From contig OZ024741.1 of NCBI GenBank assembly GCA_964016885.1, positions 77,438,001 through 77,502,000 on the forward strand: a stretch of 64,000 nucleotides of DNA, in the 5' to 3' direction. Of the stretch, positions 39,941-54,629 are shown piece by piece. The notes below the pieces were generated by a model, which searched no databases, was not told the origin of the DNA, and saw only the letters and a list, made by a program, of their open reading frames with translations. Numbering within the stretch: the first letter of the stretch is position 1; every line of letters begins with the position of its first letter. The translations under genes were made by a program, and so were the position numbers. The DNA is from Eledone cirrhosa. Taxonomy: Eukaryota.

Positions 39941-40412
39941 TTTTTATTTGCCTGGTGGCCATGGTAAAAGAGATTGTATGGTGGACACGTCTGAAAGGGT
40001 TGAAGACGGGTACTTTCCTCTTCGGTGACGCTCTCATTAACGTTTTCAGGTTTCACCTGAAGAGGAAAATCAAAGTGGAGAGGGAAGTGCTGACTTCCAG
40101 CCAGTTTGTTGAAAGGTGGGTAAGAGAGGCAAGAATGGCCCGTGTGAATCAGCCAACTCTGAGTGTGTGCCTGTAGCATCGTAGGAGGAAAACTGGAAGA
40201 GGGCATTTTCCCTAGTGGTCAGGGTAACCATGGCTTTTCTTATGGGCTTTCTCCATGAGCGATCCTCGGAGGTCTCCCCCCTATTGGGAATTTTTCATTG
40301 TTTCCTTTTGTCACACTCTGTTTTGTTTTGTTTTTACACGCAGAAATGCCCATTTGTATTGTCCTTAATGTTATACTTTGTGTCAACCCTTGTGGTTAAT
40401 AGAGAAAGCATT
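39941..40412 (+). mobile_element. Tx1/L1-like 3' end (family B)
   Basis: AMVKEIVWWTRLKGLK...RVNQPTLSVCL* plus 3'UTR. Confidence 0.85.
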
Positions 40413-40414
40413 AT

Positions 40415-40570
40415 TTGGTGGATTGGCAGTATCGGTGGAGGGTCGGAAGCCATGCTTTCCAGCATAGTTACGTCCCTTTACGATCTGATCTCAAATCCCG
40501 CCGAGGTTGACTAATGCACTGGGTAATTGCTGGCCTTGTGCCTAAAGTAGAAACAATTATTATTATTATT
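40415..40570 (+). mobile_element. Internally deleted SINE with (ATT)n tail
   Basis: Head and 3' end present; Nin core missing. Confidence 0.8.
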
Positions 40571-40890
40571 CCTTCCTCGATGTCTATGACATCGCGGATA
40601 GCGTCGATATATTCCTGGTCAGTTTGTATAAGCAATTGCATGCCTATACCTGACCCTATTTTCTCTACTTGCAGCATGGTCGTCCTGTCCTCGATTCCAG
40701 CAAGGACAGACGCGGCCAGCCAAGGTATGGGCATGTCGGGTGGGACCTGGGTAACTTTGACCCTCACAATTTTCTGCCCGCAGTAGGAGGGCACCAAGAC
40801 TATCTCCTCGCTCTTTAGAGTTTCCAAAGAGTGAGACTTCGCTTTTGGGGGGGGGGGGGCGAAAAGTACGTCTACTGTGGCGTACTTTCT
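40571..40890 (-). mobile_element. Probable Tx1-type ORF1 fragment, inverted relative to the adjacent ORF2
   Basis: GC-rich open frame ...LVPSYCGQKIVRVKVTQVPPDMPIPWLAA... abutting the + strand RT. Confidence 0.5.
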
Positions 40891-40898
40891 GCCTCGGG

Positions 40899-42800
40899 TG
40901 ATAGGGTCGACCATCGGTACCTGGCGGCGGTCCTCGAGGCAGCCGGTTTCGGGCCCGTTTTCAGGGGTTGGATCGCTGCGATGTACAGCGACATCTGCTC
41001 AGTTGTGAGGGTGAACGGTCACCTGTCGCAGCCGTTTAGCATCATGCGCTCGGTCCGCCAGGGTTGTCCCCTCTCATCTCTCTTGTACGTATTGGCTCGC
41101 GGGCCGTTACTACACAAACTGGGGGCGATGAGGGGCGTCCCACGCGAACTAGGATGCGGGAAATCCGAGTCGGCTTGCGCCGATGACGTCACCGTGGTGG
41201 TGTCGAGCACCAGACACGTCCACATGCTCGGCACCGCTCTCAAGGAATACGAAGCGGTGACAGGAGCAAAGATAAACCAGGAAAAGTCGGTGGGCTTGCA
41301 GCTCGGTACCTGGAGAGGCAAGTCCATGCCGTCCGACAGCGTCGTGAGGCTTTGGACGGACTGACCGGTTAAATTGCTCGGGGTCTGGTTCGGACCGGAC
41401 CTCCAGATGGAGAAAAACTGGAACGAGGTGACGAGCAAGGTGGCCTCCCTCACCCAGAAATGGGCCGAGAGGAAGCTATCCCTGAAAGGCCGGGCGGAGG
41501 TGGCGAATGCGTACATCGCATCCGTAATCTGCTACCGCCTCACCGTCGTCCCTTGCCCCGGCCCAACTCTCACCAAATTGGAGCGCCTCCTCTTCCGCTT
41601 TTTGTGGAAGGGACGCGCTCCCATGGTCAGACGATCACTCTGCTGTCAACACCCGTTGCGTGGAGGATTGGGAATGCCATGGGTGATGATGCGCAAACAT
41701 GCGCTGAGGCTGCGACATCTCTGGTGCTTCCTTGACGAAGAGCAGGTGTGGTCGCCGTTCGCCAGGCACGTTTTCCCACAGCTCGTCTCCTTGACGGAGC
41801 TGCAGTCCTGGGTCAGAAAAAGACCGAGGGATAGCGCTTGGAAACTGGAATGTCTCCAGGCTCTCACTGCCCTCTGCCAGCTGGGCACTAGTATCGGTGG
41901 AACATCCACCTCGGCGTTCTATAGAGGACTAGTGGAGGGGAAGAGCGACGATGTTCTCGGAGATATCCTGGGCGTCGAAGATCAGCTGTTTGGTCTCTTC
42001 CGGAGAACTTTCAGCTCAGGGCCTATGGATAACTTCCAAAAATCCCTGGCCTGGCAGTGCTACCGGGGAGCGCTGCCGGTTCGAGATAAGCTCTACAGGC
42101 ACGGAAGTGCCGTCAGCTGAGCCTGTCCGAGATGCGCGCAGAGCGACGAAACCGTCGTGCACGCACTAGTTCAGTGCCCGAGCATTGCTGACTTGTGGAG
42201 TTATGTCGAACAGTTGCTGTCACGTGTAGGACTGATCCGGTTATCGACTGAGTCCATTGTGCAGATGGTCTCGCCGTCTTCCTTTGAGGAGGAAGGGCAG
42301 GCGGTTTTCATCTGCCTGGTGGCCATGGCGAAAGAGATTGTGTAGTGGACAAGGTTGAAAGGGTTAAAGACAGACACTTTCCTCTTCGGCGAATCCCTAA
42401 TTAACTTTTTCAAGTTTCACTTGAAGAGGAAAATCTGGGTGGAGAGGCAAGTGCTGCTTTCTAGCAAGTTTGTTGAAAGGTGGGTGAATGTAGCGAGAAT
42501 GGTCCGAGTGAACGGGACCACTCTGAATATACGTCTGTAGTTTGAGAGATGGAAAAATTGAGAGAGGGCGCTTGCCCTGGTGGTCAGGGTGGCCGTGGTC
42601 TTTTGTGTGGTTTTCGCCACGAGTAACCCTCGGAGGTTTCCCCCCCTATTGGGGAATTTTTCATTGTTTCAATTTTCATATTTATTGTTTATATATATAT
42701 ATGTTTCTATGCCCTTTTTTTTCTTTTCTTATATAAATAATAAAAATATTTACACGCACAAAACCCACATTGTACCGTCCTGTGCCGTCTGTAATGTTTT
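40899..42800 (+). mobile_element. Tx1/L1-like ORF2 (RT to 3'UTR) with in-frame stops
   Basis: DRVDHRYL...SVRQGCPLS...CADD...CPRC..HALVQC. Confidence 0.92.
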
Positions 42801-42810
42801 TCTTGATGTC

Positions 42811-44578
42811 ATAACTCTGCTAGATTTTGGCCAAGGTGCTAGCAAAGAGGTTGGCGCTTGTCGTTGGTGGTCTGGTGGGAGAGGCGTAGACATGCGCCAT
42901 TCCCGACTGATCCATCCACGACAACCTCCACCTCATGCGATACATCGTAGAGAAGGTAGCTAGGGAACCTGGCACGGGTGGGTCCTTGATCAATTTAGAT
43001 CAGTCGAAAGCTTTCGATAGGGTCTACCATCGTTACCTAGCGGCAGTCCTTAGGGCGGCTGGCTTTGGGCCCGTCTTCAGAGGCTGGATCGCTGCCATGC
43101 ACAGCGACATCTGCTCTGTGGTGAGAGTGAACGGTCACTTTTCGGAACCGTTCAACATCATGCGCTCGGTCCGCCAAGGATGTCCCCTCTCGTCCCTCTT
43201 GTACGTATTGACTCTCGAGCCATTACTGCACAAACTGGAGACGTTGAGGGGGGTCCTGCGCGAACTGGGATGCGGAAGATCCGTGTCAGCATATGCGGAC
43301 GATGTTACCGTAGTGGTGTCGAACGCCAAACACATCGAGGTGATCGGCACTACACTAAGAGAATACGAAGCGGTGACAGGAGCAATGATCAACCAGGAAA
43401 AGTCAGTGGGCCTGCAGCTCGGCACCTGGAGAGGCAGGTCTATGCCGTCCAACAGCGTCGTCGGGCGCTGGACGGACGGACCGGTTAAATTGCTAGGGCT
43501 CTGGTTCAGTCCGGACCTCCAGACGGACAAAAACTGGGACGAGGTGACGAGCAGGGTGGCCTCTCTCACCCAGAAATGGACGGAGAGGAAGCTATCCCTG
43601 AAAGGTCGAGCAAAGGTGGCTAACGCGTACATCGCGTCTGTCATCTGCTACCGCCTGACCGTCGTACCTTGTCCTAAGCCCCGCCTGACTGCGCTGGAGC
43701 GTTTGCTCTTTCGCTTTTTGTGGAAGGGACGCGCTCCGATGGTCAGGCGGTCCATCTGTTGTCAACACCCGCTACGTGGAGGGCTGGGCATGCCGTGGCT
43801 GATGATGCGCAGGCACGCGCTCAGGCTACGACATCTCCACCTCTTCCTCGACGGTGATCAGGTGTGGTCGCCGTTTGCTAGACACGTATTTCCCCAGCTC
43901 GTTTCCTTGACGGAGCTGCAGTCCTGGGTCAAGCGAAGGCCGAGAGGGAGCGCCTGGAGACTGGAATGTCTTCAGGCGCTCACAGCCCTCGACCAATCGG
44001 GCAATGTGAACGGTGGAAACTCCACCTCGGCGTTCTATAGAGGATTAGTGGAGGGGAAGAGCGACGACGTACTTGGAGAAACTCTAGGCGTCGACGAAAA
44101 TCAACTAGCCAATCTCTTCGGAATAACTTTCGGGCCGGGGCCTATGGACAACTTCCAGAAATCTCTGGCCTGGCAGTGCTACCGAGGAGCCTTGCCAGTT
44201 CGGGATAAACTCTACAGGCATGGAGGTGCCGTTAGCCGGGCATGTCCGAGATGCGCGCAGGGCGACGAAACCGTCCTGCACGCACTCGTCCAGTGTCCGA
44301 AAATTGCTGACTTGTGGGTTTATGTCGAACACCTGCTTTATGTCGAACACCTGCTGTCGCGTGTAGGACGGATCCGGCTATCATCTGAGTCCATCGTGAG
44401 GATTTCCCCGCCCTCCTCCTTTAGCCGGGAAGGGCAGGAATTTTTCATTGTTATTTTTTGTTACATCCTCTGTTTTTGTTTTTTACACGCAGAAATGTCC
44501 ATTTGTACCGTCCTGTATTGTCCTGCACTGTCCTTAATGTCTACTTTATGTAAACCCTTGTGGTTAATAAAGAAATCA
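42811..44578 (+). mobile_element. Tx1/L1-like ORF2, 556-aa open RT region, 3'-internally deleted
   Basis: LDQSKAFDRV, RQGCPLS, YADD, zf CCHC; ends aataaagaaa|tcattatt. Confidence 0.93.
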
Positions 44579-44642
44579 TTATTATTAATTATCATTATTA
44601 TTTAATAATAATATTATTATGTCTTTTATTCTTTATTTTCAG

Positions 44643-44702
44643 GAGGCGTTGATGTCCCTTGTATCTCACTTCAACACGAACAACAAACAACACAAACAGT
44701 AA
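44643..44702 (+). CDS. Candidate terminal exon of the host gene (EALMSLVSHFNTNNKQHKQ*)
   Basis: Strong tttattttcag acceptor; phase 0 fits 34326. Other readings are possible. Confidence 0.35.
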   Translation, partial: EALMSLVSHFNTNNKQHKQ

Positions 44703-44741
44703 ATATGTATGACAAATGAATGGCCAAACTCAATTTCATAA

Positions 44742-44812
<71 letters not shown>

Positions 44813-45114
44813 TTATTTGGGTGTGATTTCGTACTACGAAAGAATGAGCTCACATTATGTAAACAGAGATAATTTATATATTCAAATACCTAAATACGTT
44901 GTATTACTAATACACTAAAAAGAAACTACCAGTTTCATCGACATTATTGGCAAAAGTGAGTAATTACCATCATTTTCTTTAGAACTTGCATGTATGTCTT
45001 ATCATGATAAAACACATACAAATTCTGGTGATGGAGAATATGTGCTTTTTGCCAATAATGTCTTTGGAACTGGTAGTCTTTTTAGTGATTTATCAATATC
45101 ATGTATTTATGTGT

Positions 45115-45202
<88 letters not shown>

Positions 45203-45559
45203 GATATCTGTCTAACATGTGCACTTGACCACGAATTTTGTTGGGGAAGGATGTAGCGGTATAATCGATTGAATCGAAGCCAAATATTTGACTGCCTACT
45301 ACTTAATTTTATCGATACCGTTGAGGTTGTCGATAAAATAAGTTCCAAGCAAATACATGAGTTTGACTTTCATCCTTCTAAGAGTCAACAAAATAAAAGC
45401 ACCAGAAGTTTGAATTATATCATTTGCATGGGGGTGAAATAAGTGGAAATAATTTTACCGATAAAATAGTGTAACAATCAAGTCGATGTAAATAACAAGT
45501 CGCTCACCTCAAAATGTCTGACCTCCTGCCTATTTTAGAAATTATTGTTAGGTATCACA

Positions 45560-46180
45560 AGCAGTGGATTAACTGAATCGTTAGATACTTTATTATATTT
45601 GTTCTGGCCTTTTACGTTCTGAGTTCAGGTCCTGCTGGGGTTAACTTTGCTTTTAATCTTTCCAGGGACGATGAAATAAAGTACCAGTCAAGTACTGTGG
45701 TCGATGTGATCGACTTTTCCCCTCGCACCAAATTTCTAACCTTGTGCCGAAATTAGAAGCCATTATTATTATTAGTTTGGGGCGGTGGATTGGCAGTATC
45801 GGTGGAGGGTCGGACGCCATGCTTTCCAGCATAGTTACGTCCCTTTACGATCTGAGTTCAAATCCCGCCGAGGTTGACTTTGCCTTTCATCCTTACGGGG
45901 TCGATAAAATAAAGTACCAGTAATGCACTGGGTAATTGCTGGCCTTGTGCCTAAAGTAGAAACAATTATTATTATTAGTTTTATTAGAGGGCGGTGGATT
46001 GGCAGCATCGGTAGAGCGTTGGACAACATGCTTTGCTTCATATAGTCACATCCCTTTACGTTCTGAGTTTAAATCCTGCCGAGGTTAACTTTGTATTTCA
46101 TCCTTACAGGGTTGATTTAATCGACTTTACCCTCCCCCAAAACTGTTGACCTTGTGTCTAAATTAAAAACCATTATTATT
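45560..46180 (+). mobile_element. Three head-to-tail SINEs
   Basis: Copies at about 45560-45770, 45778-45975 and 45988-46180, each ending in (ATT)n. Confidence 0.9.
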
Positions 46181-46184
46181 ATTA

Positions 46185-48520
46185 GTCTTATTTTATTGCG
46201 TGTTGTCACTGCATTACCGAGCACAGCTCTGTGTGTCTTGGAAATGTGCAGTGTTGTTTTTGGTGTTGTTTCTATTTTGTTGAAAGTAGTCTACTTAATA
46301 TGCATGCAGTGCCTAGTAATATTTTCTGTAAGTTGGATATATTTGTAAGTCCTGGGATATGGATTATGTATTTGTCTGTGTGTATGTATGTGTGTGTGTA
46401 TTTGTGTGTGTGTGTGTGTGTCTGTTTCCTAATTTGCAGAGTAGTTATTTTATAAGGATTTTGTAAGGATTATTTCTATTTTCAACATCCACTTTCAGGT
46501 TATCTCAATTTCTAGATCTTTATATTGTGATAATTTCTCCATTTCTTTTTAAGAGGTGTACTGTCATCTGTTGGAATTGATAAGTGGGTTAGAAGATATT
46601 TATTTTCCTGCTGTTGTTTTATTACAATATCTGGTCGATTAGCCTTGATCTCCCTGGTTGTGTGTATTGGCATATCCCAGAGTATGGTTTCTTCGTCATT
46701 CCTTGATACCTTTTTTGGTGTATGCCCATGCCTCCTTTTTCTGTTGTCATTTCATAATGCTGGCATAACTTCCAGTGTATGTAAATCCCAACTCTGTCAT
46801 GCCTGTGAATATACTCTTTCTTGGCTAAGACTGGGCAGCCAGAAACAATATGGTTAATCCCCATCTACACATATACTGCAGTTACTTACTGTGTTCTGCT
46901 TTATTATGTTCTTTTGTCGGTTTCTGCTGACGAAGCTTTGATCTTGTGCTGTAATTATAAATCCTTCAGTCTCAGCTTTGAGCCCTGCTCTTCTATTATG
47001 AATTTTTCTTAACTATCCTCTCCCTGCTCAGATATTTCGGATATTGGTCATATAGGAGTTTTCCTTGCCATCGCTTTATCATGGCCTTTTGGAGACTTGA
47101 TAATAGCTTAGGTTTCAGCTTTTTCACCAGTCATGCTGTTGTTTCTTGTTTTTCTTCAAAATGATTTGCCATTTAAGATGTTGCTCTGTATTCGTGGGCT
47201 TCCTTGAAGTCAGAAAACATTTTGTTTTTGTTCGTATTTTATAACTATTTGTATTAACTCTTCATTATTCTACACTAGATATGTTTGAGTCCTATAGAGG
47301 ATATTTTATAATAGTCTTCTAGTTGCATAAGGCCCCTATCCCTGTATTCGTAAAAAATATAATCTTTCTATATCTGATTTTCGGTGGTGTATTCTGAATG
47401 GAGTAAATATTTTTCTTGTTTCTTTTGTCTAGTTCTTTTAGTGTCCAGTTAAGAATACTTATACTAAGCTTATTACTCGGTCAACTAGAGTATTGATGCT
47501 TATTATCTTACTTTAGTTCTGACTTAATTATTAATCTAATGCGTCTACAATATTCCTTGCTGATCTTTTCTTTCAATTATGTTTGGTCTAATTCTTTTTA
47601 TTTTAGTTTCTTTATCCAGAATCATATTATTAATTCTAATTAATTTTCTGCTTTTCGGTGTTGCCTTGACACATTTTTCTAGTCCAAATTTCAAACCTAT
47701 TTCTCTTGTAAATCTGTGTACTGCCTGCAGTGGGGTTTCCACTTGTCTATCATCTGCAGCGTGCAATGTGAGGTCGTCCATACACAAGAGATTGTTGATT
47801 TTCTTATCTACGTCCAGTTCTGTTTAGTATCTCAGTTAAGGATGTCAGTGCAAGGCAGAAAAAAGAGTGGGGATTGAGAGACCCCGTGAAATATTCTTTT
47901 CTTGATAGAAATGGGCTTGGTTTTTATATTTCTTTCTTTTATCTGTATCTGCAGAATTGTTTGCCACATACTCATGATGGAGCTAATTTATTTGTGGAAA
48001 GTGTTTCAGGGTCCACATGTGAGGAATACTGTCAAAAGCCTTCTTGTAGTCAATCCATGCCATACTAAGACTCTTTCTTGTTCTACAGTTTCGGGTTATG
48101 AAATTGTTGATCCGTAACTGCTCTTTACAGCTATATGAGTCTTTTCAGCATTCTTTCTATTAAGAAAACAGTTGTTTTCTTTTAAGGTGTTTGTTCAATC
48201 TCGGTCATATTATGGCAGTTGAGATTTGAAAGGTTGTGGAAGGCAGATTATGGTCCTGTAGATTTGGGTGTTTGCTGCATCTTTAGTTATGGGGGTAAGA
48301 AGTGTTTTCTCTTCAGCGTAGCAGTCAGGTCTCATTAAATACTCTACCTTATGAGTCCCTGTTAAGTGTTTTAACTAGAAGTTTAGGATCCTGTCATGAC
48401 ATGGTACTTTCCAGCTATTTAATTGTTTGTTTGTTGGTTTTTCAGCGTATTGGTTATTTCTTCTGTTCTTAAGACCTCCCACAATTGTTCAGTCTTTTGC
48501 AATATTCTTTTGCTAGAGCC
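46185..48520 (-). mobile_element. Highly degenerate R4/Dong LINE
   Basis: MDDLTL...GLKFGLEKC; NHIVSGCPVLAKKEYIHRHDRVG. Confidence 0.8.
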
Positions 48521-48877
48521 AAGAGCAGTGAGTTGGACAAAACTGTGATGTGACTGACAAAATGCCTTACAGTATTTTGTTTCATCTGAGTCAAATCCAG
48601 CCGAGGCCAACTTTGTATTTCATTCTTCTGGGGTCGATAAAATAAAGTACCAGTTAAGTATTGGGTCGGTGGATATAATCGACTGCTTTCTTCCCAAACA
48701 AATTGCTGGGTTTGTACTTATATTAGAAATCATTATTAATATTCTTATTGGGGCTTCTGTTTGTTTTTATGTTCTTATATCTATAGATTCATTTATTTGT
48801 GTTTTTTCACATCCAAATATAGTGGGACAATCAACTTCTCTTTTTTTTTAATGTTTGAGGCGTTGATTTAGGGTTTC

Positions 48878-48918
<41 letters not shown>

Positions 48919-49018
48919 GGGGTATGTGAGTGTTTTTGTGTTTCTGTTTATGTGAGTGTATGTGAATATAATATATATAAATATACATCCCTTCCCCATA
49001 TATATATATATATATATT

Positions 49019-49125
<107 letters not shown>

Positions 49126-49383
49126 CACAGATTGATAATGATAGTGTCACACGAGTGTAAAGGTAATTGAACATTAAAAAGTGCTCAATATACTCAAGTA
49201 GAGTGGAATAAACTTTATTCAAAGCTGAGTTTGATTGAGGTTCAAGTTTCACAGGTGATTAGTGATATCACAATGCAGATTTTATTTATAACAGAAACAA
49301 TTAGACCTATAAAGAGTGTGAAGTAACTATACGCCACGCCTAGCCATTAAACATGACCAAACAAATACAAATATGTCTTAAAC

Positions 49384-49849
49384 CAGAGGTTCTCAAGTGA
49401 GCACTACGCCCCCAGGGGGCGGTAAAGATGATATAATAGTATATTAAATATCAAATGATACATATTATATATGAATATAGTAAAATAAAAAAATATATAA
49501 TATTTATTTATACATAGTATATATCATGGATTGGCAGTATCAGTAGAGGGTCGGACGCCATGCTTTGAAGCATGGAGTTACCTCCCTTTATGATCTGAGT
49601 TCAAATCCCGCCGAGGTTAACTTTGCCTTTCATCCTTACAGGGTCGATAAAATAAAGTACCAGTAATACACTGGGATAATTGCTGGCATTGTGCCAAAAG
49701 TAGAAACAATTATTTATATATAAATTAACGATTTTATTTATTATATGTTATTTACAATTTGCGTGTAGCCAGGTCTCTCTGATTGGGGACGCTGAAGATA
49801 TTACGTGGCCGTGATAGGGGTAGTGGCCCAAAAAGTTTGAAAACCTCTG
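49384..49849. mobile_element. hAT (Charlie-like) MITE with a nested SINE (49527-49712)
   Basis: TIRs cagaggttctcaa / ttgaaaacctctg; perfect 8-bp TSD tcttaaac at 49376-49383 and 49850-49857. Confidence 0.9.
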
Positions 49850-49966
49850 TCTTAAACGAATAAATAAATTTCTCAAAAAATAACACATAAGAGAGGAAAC
49901 GAAAAAGTGTTGGAAGCATCGTCAACAAATACTGCCCACGAGAGCTAATAAGAACGGAGGCGTTGC

Positions 49967-50023
<57 letters not shown>

Positions 50024-50091
50024 TGTGTTTATCTAAGAAACTGATTCGACGAAATTAGTATATTTATCAACTCACTCAGACTCAGCAGTGA

Positions 50092-50129
<38 letters not shown>

Positions 50130-50254
50130 TGTGTATATATGTGTGTGTATGTGTATAAACACATATATATGTATGTATACATATATACACATATATATAT
50201 ACATATATATATATATACATATATATATACATATATATATACATATATATATAC

Positions 50255-50297
<43 letters not shown>

Positions 50298-50389
50298 GTA
50301 ATAATAATAATAAATGTGAAGACTAAAATCCAAAGAAGATCCCGTTAAGGGTGAAAGCAGCGATTCTTTGCTTAAACTTTAATCTGTTA

Positions 50390-50586
<197 letters not shown>

Positions 50587-50824
50587 CACTGAACAATGAA
50601 AGAATTAGTGAACAAAGTAACGTAGTTATTAATTCATTTGTTTTACGATCGTTTCAGCTAAGCAGACAGGAATGGGCACGTTAATCGATGGTTTACATGT
50701 AAATCCATAGCGCCCGCTTCTAAATGCATGTCCTACCTGCTGGCTTCGTGGATCGGAGAGAGGGACAACACTTTAAAAAATACAGTTGTTAAAATATATA
50801 GTTGAAAGCTATATTTTTTTTATT

Positions 50825-50859
<35 letters not shown>

Positions 50860-50888
50860 GCATATACATATACATATACATACATACA

Positions 50889-50968
<80 letters not shown>

Positions 50969-51219
50969 CTATTATATATATATATATATTATATTATCTA
51001 TTATACATTTATATATTATATTATATATTTTTTGTGTGTATGTGTGTGAGCGTGTGTCATTTGCCTTGTACATCAATTATTCTTATTAATTATTTGTGGC
51101 AATAAAAGAATGTTTAGTGAGGTAAAGTCCTTTCAATGCCGCTGTGGTAATTAGAGAAATCATTAAAGAAATCATCATTATTATTATTGTTATTATTATC
51201 ATTATAATAAATAAATGAA

Positions 51220-51250
<31 letters not shown>

Positions 51251-51267
51251 ATTATTATTATTACTAG

Positions 51268-51315
<48 letters not shown>

Positions 51316-51599
51316 ATTTTATTATTATTTTTACATTTATCATGAGTGTCATACTCTTCTATACCTTAGATACTATTTTGTAATTTTGACAGTCTTGTAT
51401 TAAAAAAATATTTTAAAACAAAGTATTTCATTCGTTGTCTTATTTCCTTGTTGTTTTCTCCTTTCATTTTATTTAAAATGTATTTGTTTACTTTGTAATG
51501 CAGTGAATGTTTACATTCTTAAATGTGAGAGCAAAACAACACATTTCAATTAATTAATCTTCACATTAAAGAAAGGACTAACATATTTTCAATTATGAA

Positions 51600-52660
51600 T
51601 GTTTATGAAATTTGGTCCATGTGAAGATGAAATAGAAGCGTAATGGTAGAGTATGTCGAAAATAACCAGCTCCGATGCATTCTCTTGTTACAACCTGTTG
51701 TGGTAAATCTTTCTTGGAGCTTGGCTCTTTTAGGTGAAAGACCTTTGAGATAAATGAATAACCGTGCACCATATCGAAATGGATGAATATGCAAAATGGC
51801 TTGTTTTCGATACCGTGAAACCACTTAAGGACGTTAACACAGCAGTTCCAGGGCTCTAGTCTCGTAATATTCTTAATTTGGGAGTAGCAATGTCGATAAT
51901 GTGCTTGCTAATAAGAAAGGTGTATAAACCTGCATTTGAGATTAGAGGCGAAGTTGGCATTGTGGTTCTTAAATGTGATATACGGTTTGTGCGTGACTAA
52001 ATGGTTCATGTTGCCGTCTATTTATACCTGTATTTGTGGTCATATGAGGAGTGGTTTGGGATTTTTGTGTGTGTTATAGTAATATTATTTGTCAAGGGTT
52101 GGTGGATTGGCAGTATCGGTAGAGGGTCGGACGCCATGCTTTGCAGCAAAGAGTTACGGCCCTCTATGATCTGAGTTCAAATCCCGCCGAGGTTAACTTT
52201 GCCTTTCATCCTTACGGGGTCGATAAAATAAAGTACCAGTAATGCACTGGGTAGTTGCTGGCCTTGTGCCAAAAGTAGAAACAATTATTTGTCACGGGTT
52301 GGGAGTGTGCAATAGCGTTTAGTTCGTATATAGTCTTTGATTTATCTGCAAGTATGCGGGCGTTGAGAGATTGCTTTAATAGGTTCATTCAATTATTCAG
52401 GTTGATTTTAAATGAATTATTGTTGTGTCGAAATGGAATCTTTATAATCGGGTTGTTATTGTTTGATTCGAAGTTGTCAAGGCATTTAACTTGGGAGATG
52501 AGCATTTTAACATTTTGAATGTGTACTTATTTGTTAGTGTTCCGGTAATCCTATTTGCTTGATTATGTTTTCCATTTCTTTGATGAGACATATGATACAG
52601 AGTTCTTTGGATGGTATTTGTATCTTCTTCAAAGAATAAAGGAGGAAATACTTTCCAGCC
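51600..52660 (-). mobile_element. Degenerate PLE RT N-terminal region interrupted by a SINE (about 52100-52290)
   Basis: NIQIPSK..., ADKSKTIYEL...NNIT, FIHFDMVHGYS; SINE flanked by a 19-bp TSD attatttgtca(a/c)gggttgg. Confidence 0.7.
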
Positions 52661-53234
52661 TTCAACTGTATATATTTAGGTATCTACACAGATGTTGCCG
52701 ATAAGCACCGGTGACACAGTGATTACCTTGTTACTATCGTCGTCAGAAATGTAGGCAACTAGTGAATGATCAGCTGTAAATCTATAACCAATGACTATTG
52801 TTCACAAATTGCAATATAAGATAGATAAATAAATAAATAAATAAATACTTGAAACGGAAGTACTACTTGAAGTATGAATGAATATCCATTTTACTTCTTG
52901 CAAGCAATGTAACTAAGGCAAGTCAAGTTAAAACTGCAAGATCGGGCTACAAATAACGGATAACTATATTTCAGGACTGCACGTTACTACTTCTTTAATT
53001 TATGACTATTTGCTACTTTAATTTTAAAATACCAAAGAAAGAACAATTTATTTTATATTTCATTCACAAGTATTGGGTATTGCTCGTTATGATTCTAGTC
53101 AGGAACTATTTTACGATAACAGTTGCCAAGAATCACTTATTGCTTCACTCAGCTATATGAATTGAAGACATTGTTGTAATGGTGAGAAAAGGGTTAACTG
53201 TTGATGATTTGTATTATGACTCCTTATATTCTTA

Positions 53235-53575
53235 ATTTTTTTCAAGAAATTTATTCAAAAGCAAAAAAAACAAAAACTTATTTAGTAAAAAAAAAATATT
53301 ATAAAGGGGAAACAAAAAGAAAGAAAGAATAGGGAAATATAAAAAGAGAGAAAGAAAGAAGAAAAAGAACGGGTGTCGCAGGGGGTGATGGGGAGGGTGA
53401 TTGGGCTTTGGGCCTAGGACAAGGGGCAGGAGTGCTGCGCTCCGCGGACAATATGGCAAAAGCATTCCCCCGGACGATGGCCAGTAACACCCGCTGCAAC
53501 AGCCACCCAACCTCGCGGGGCTCCCTCCTCAGGTGGGCCGCCGACGCTCCGATCTTGCGGAGGAGCTCGGCAGTA
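53235..53575 (-). mobile_element. CRE-clade LINE 3' end
   Basis: GWLLQRVLLAIVRGNAFAILS matches the CRE C-terminal QR.S.A.QRGNA motif; T-rich 3'UTR. Confidence 0.7.
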
Positions 53576-54169
53576 CTTTAATATTTTAATTTTGATATAT
53601 AAGAATCCTATTGAAAACCATTAAATTATAACTAAGTAAATTAGAACCGAACTTTGGGCGATCCTTCTATATGTATTTTTAATTTATTTGTAACAATTTT
53701 CATTTGGTGCTATATTTAACAGAATGTTCTACATTTGTGTTAATTTCTGTGAAATTGATCTGGCAAACATGAGTCAACCTGTCTGAAATCAGTTCTTTTG
53801 TAAGCTGGAATCATGGAAGAAGTGGAACTAGGAACTGTGCAAACTATAAAAAAAAATACTTGTCATTTACTTATAATTATTCACAATAATGAAATAGTAA
53901 AATCCGAGGATATTTATCACTACCACTTACTCGTAGTTCAAAGTTCGAATTTGGTGCACGGGTACATTAACTAACAACAACACGTGCTTTCTTTCTTATC
54001 TACTTTTGACTCGTTTTCTTTTTTTCCATACTCTCGCCTATCTTTTTTCTCTATCTTCCGATGAAGGACTAGCGTCAGAAGTAGTAAGATTCCTTTCCAA
54101 CTATATCAAGCATTAAACTGATATATATCATCGTTGTATTGTATTGTTCTCCTGTATTATTTTTACTTG

Positions 54170-54562
<393 letters not shown>

Positions 54563-54629
54563 GGGTTCAATCGGGGTTAACCACAGTATGGTACTCAATA
54601 CATTGGTAGAGTGTAAACATTAAATTTAA

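Noticed and set aside
44905-45092. Old degenerate inverted repeat
   Set aside because: Probably the same fold-back class, but too decayed to assign a family or ribozyme.
45778-45975. tRNA genes suggested by A/B boxes
   Set aside because: The boxes belong to SINE heads continuing into a Nin core and (ATT)n tail; no intact cloverleaf is apparent.
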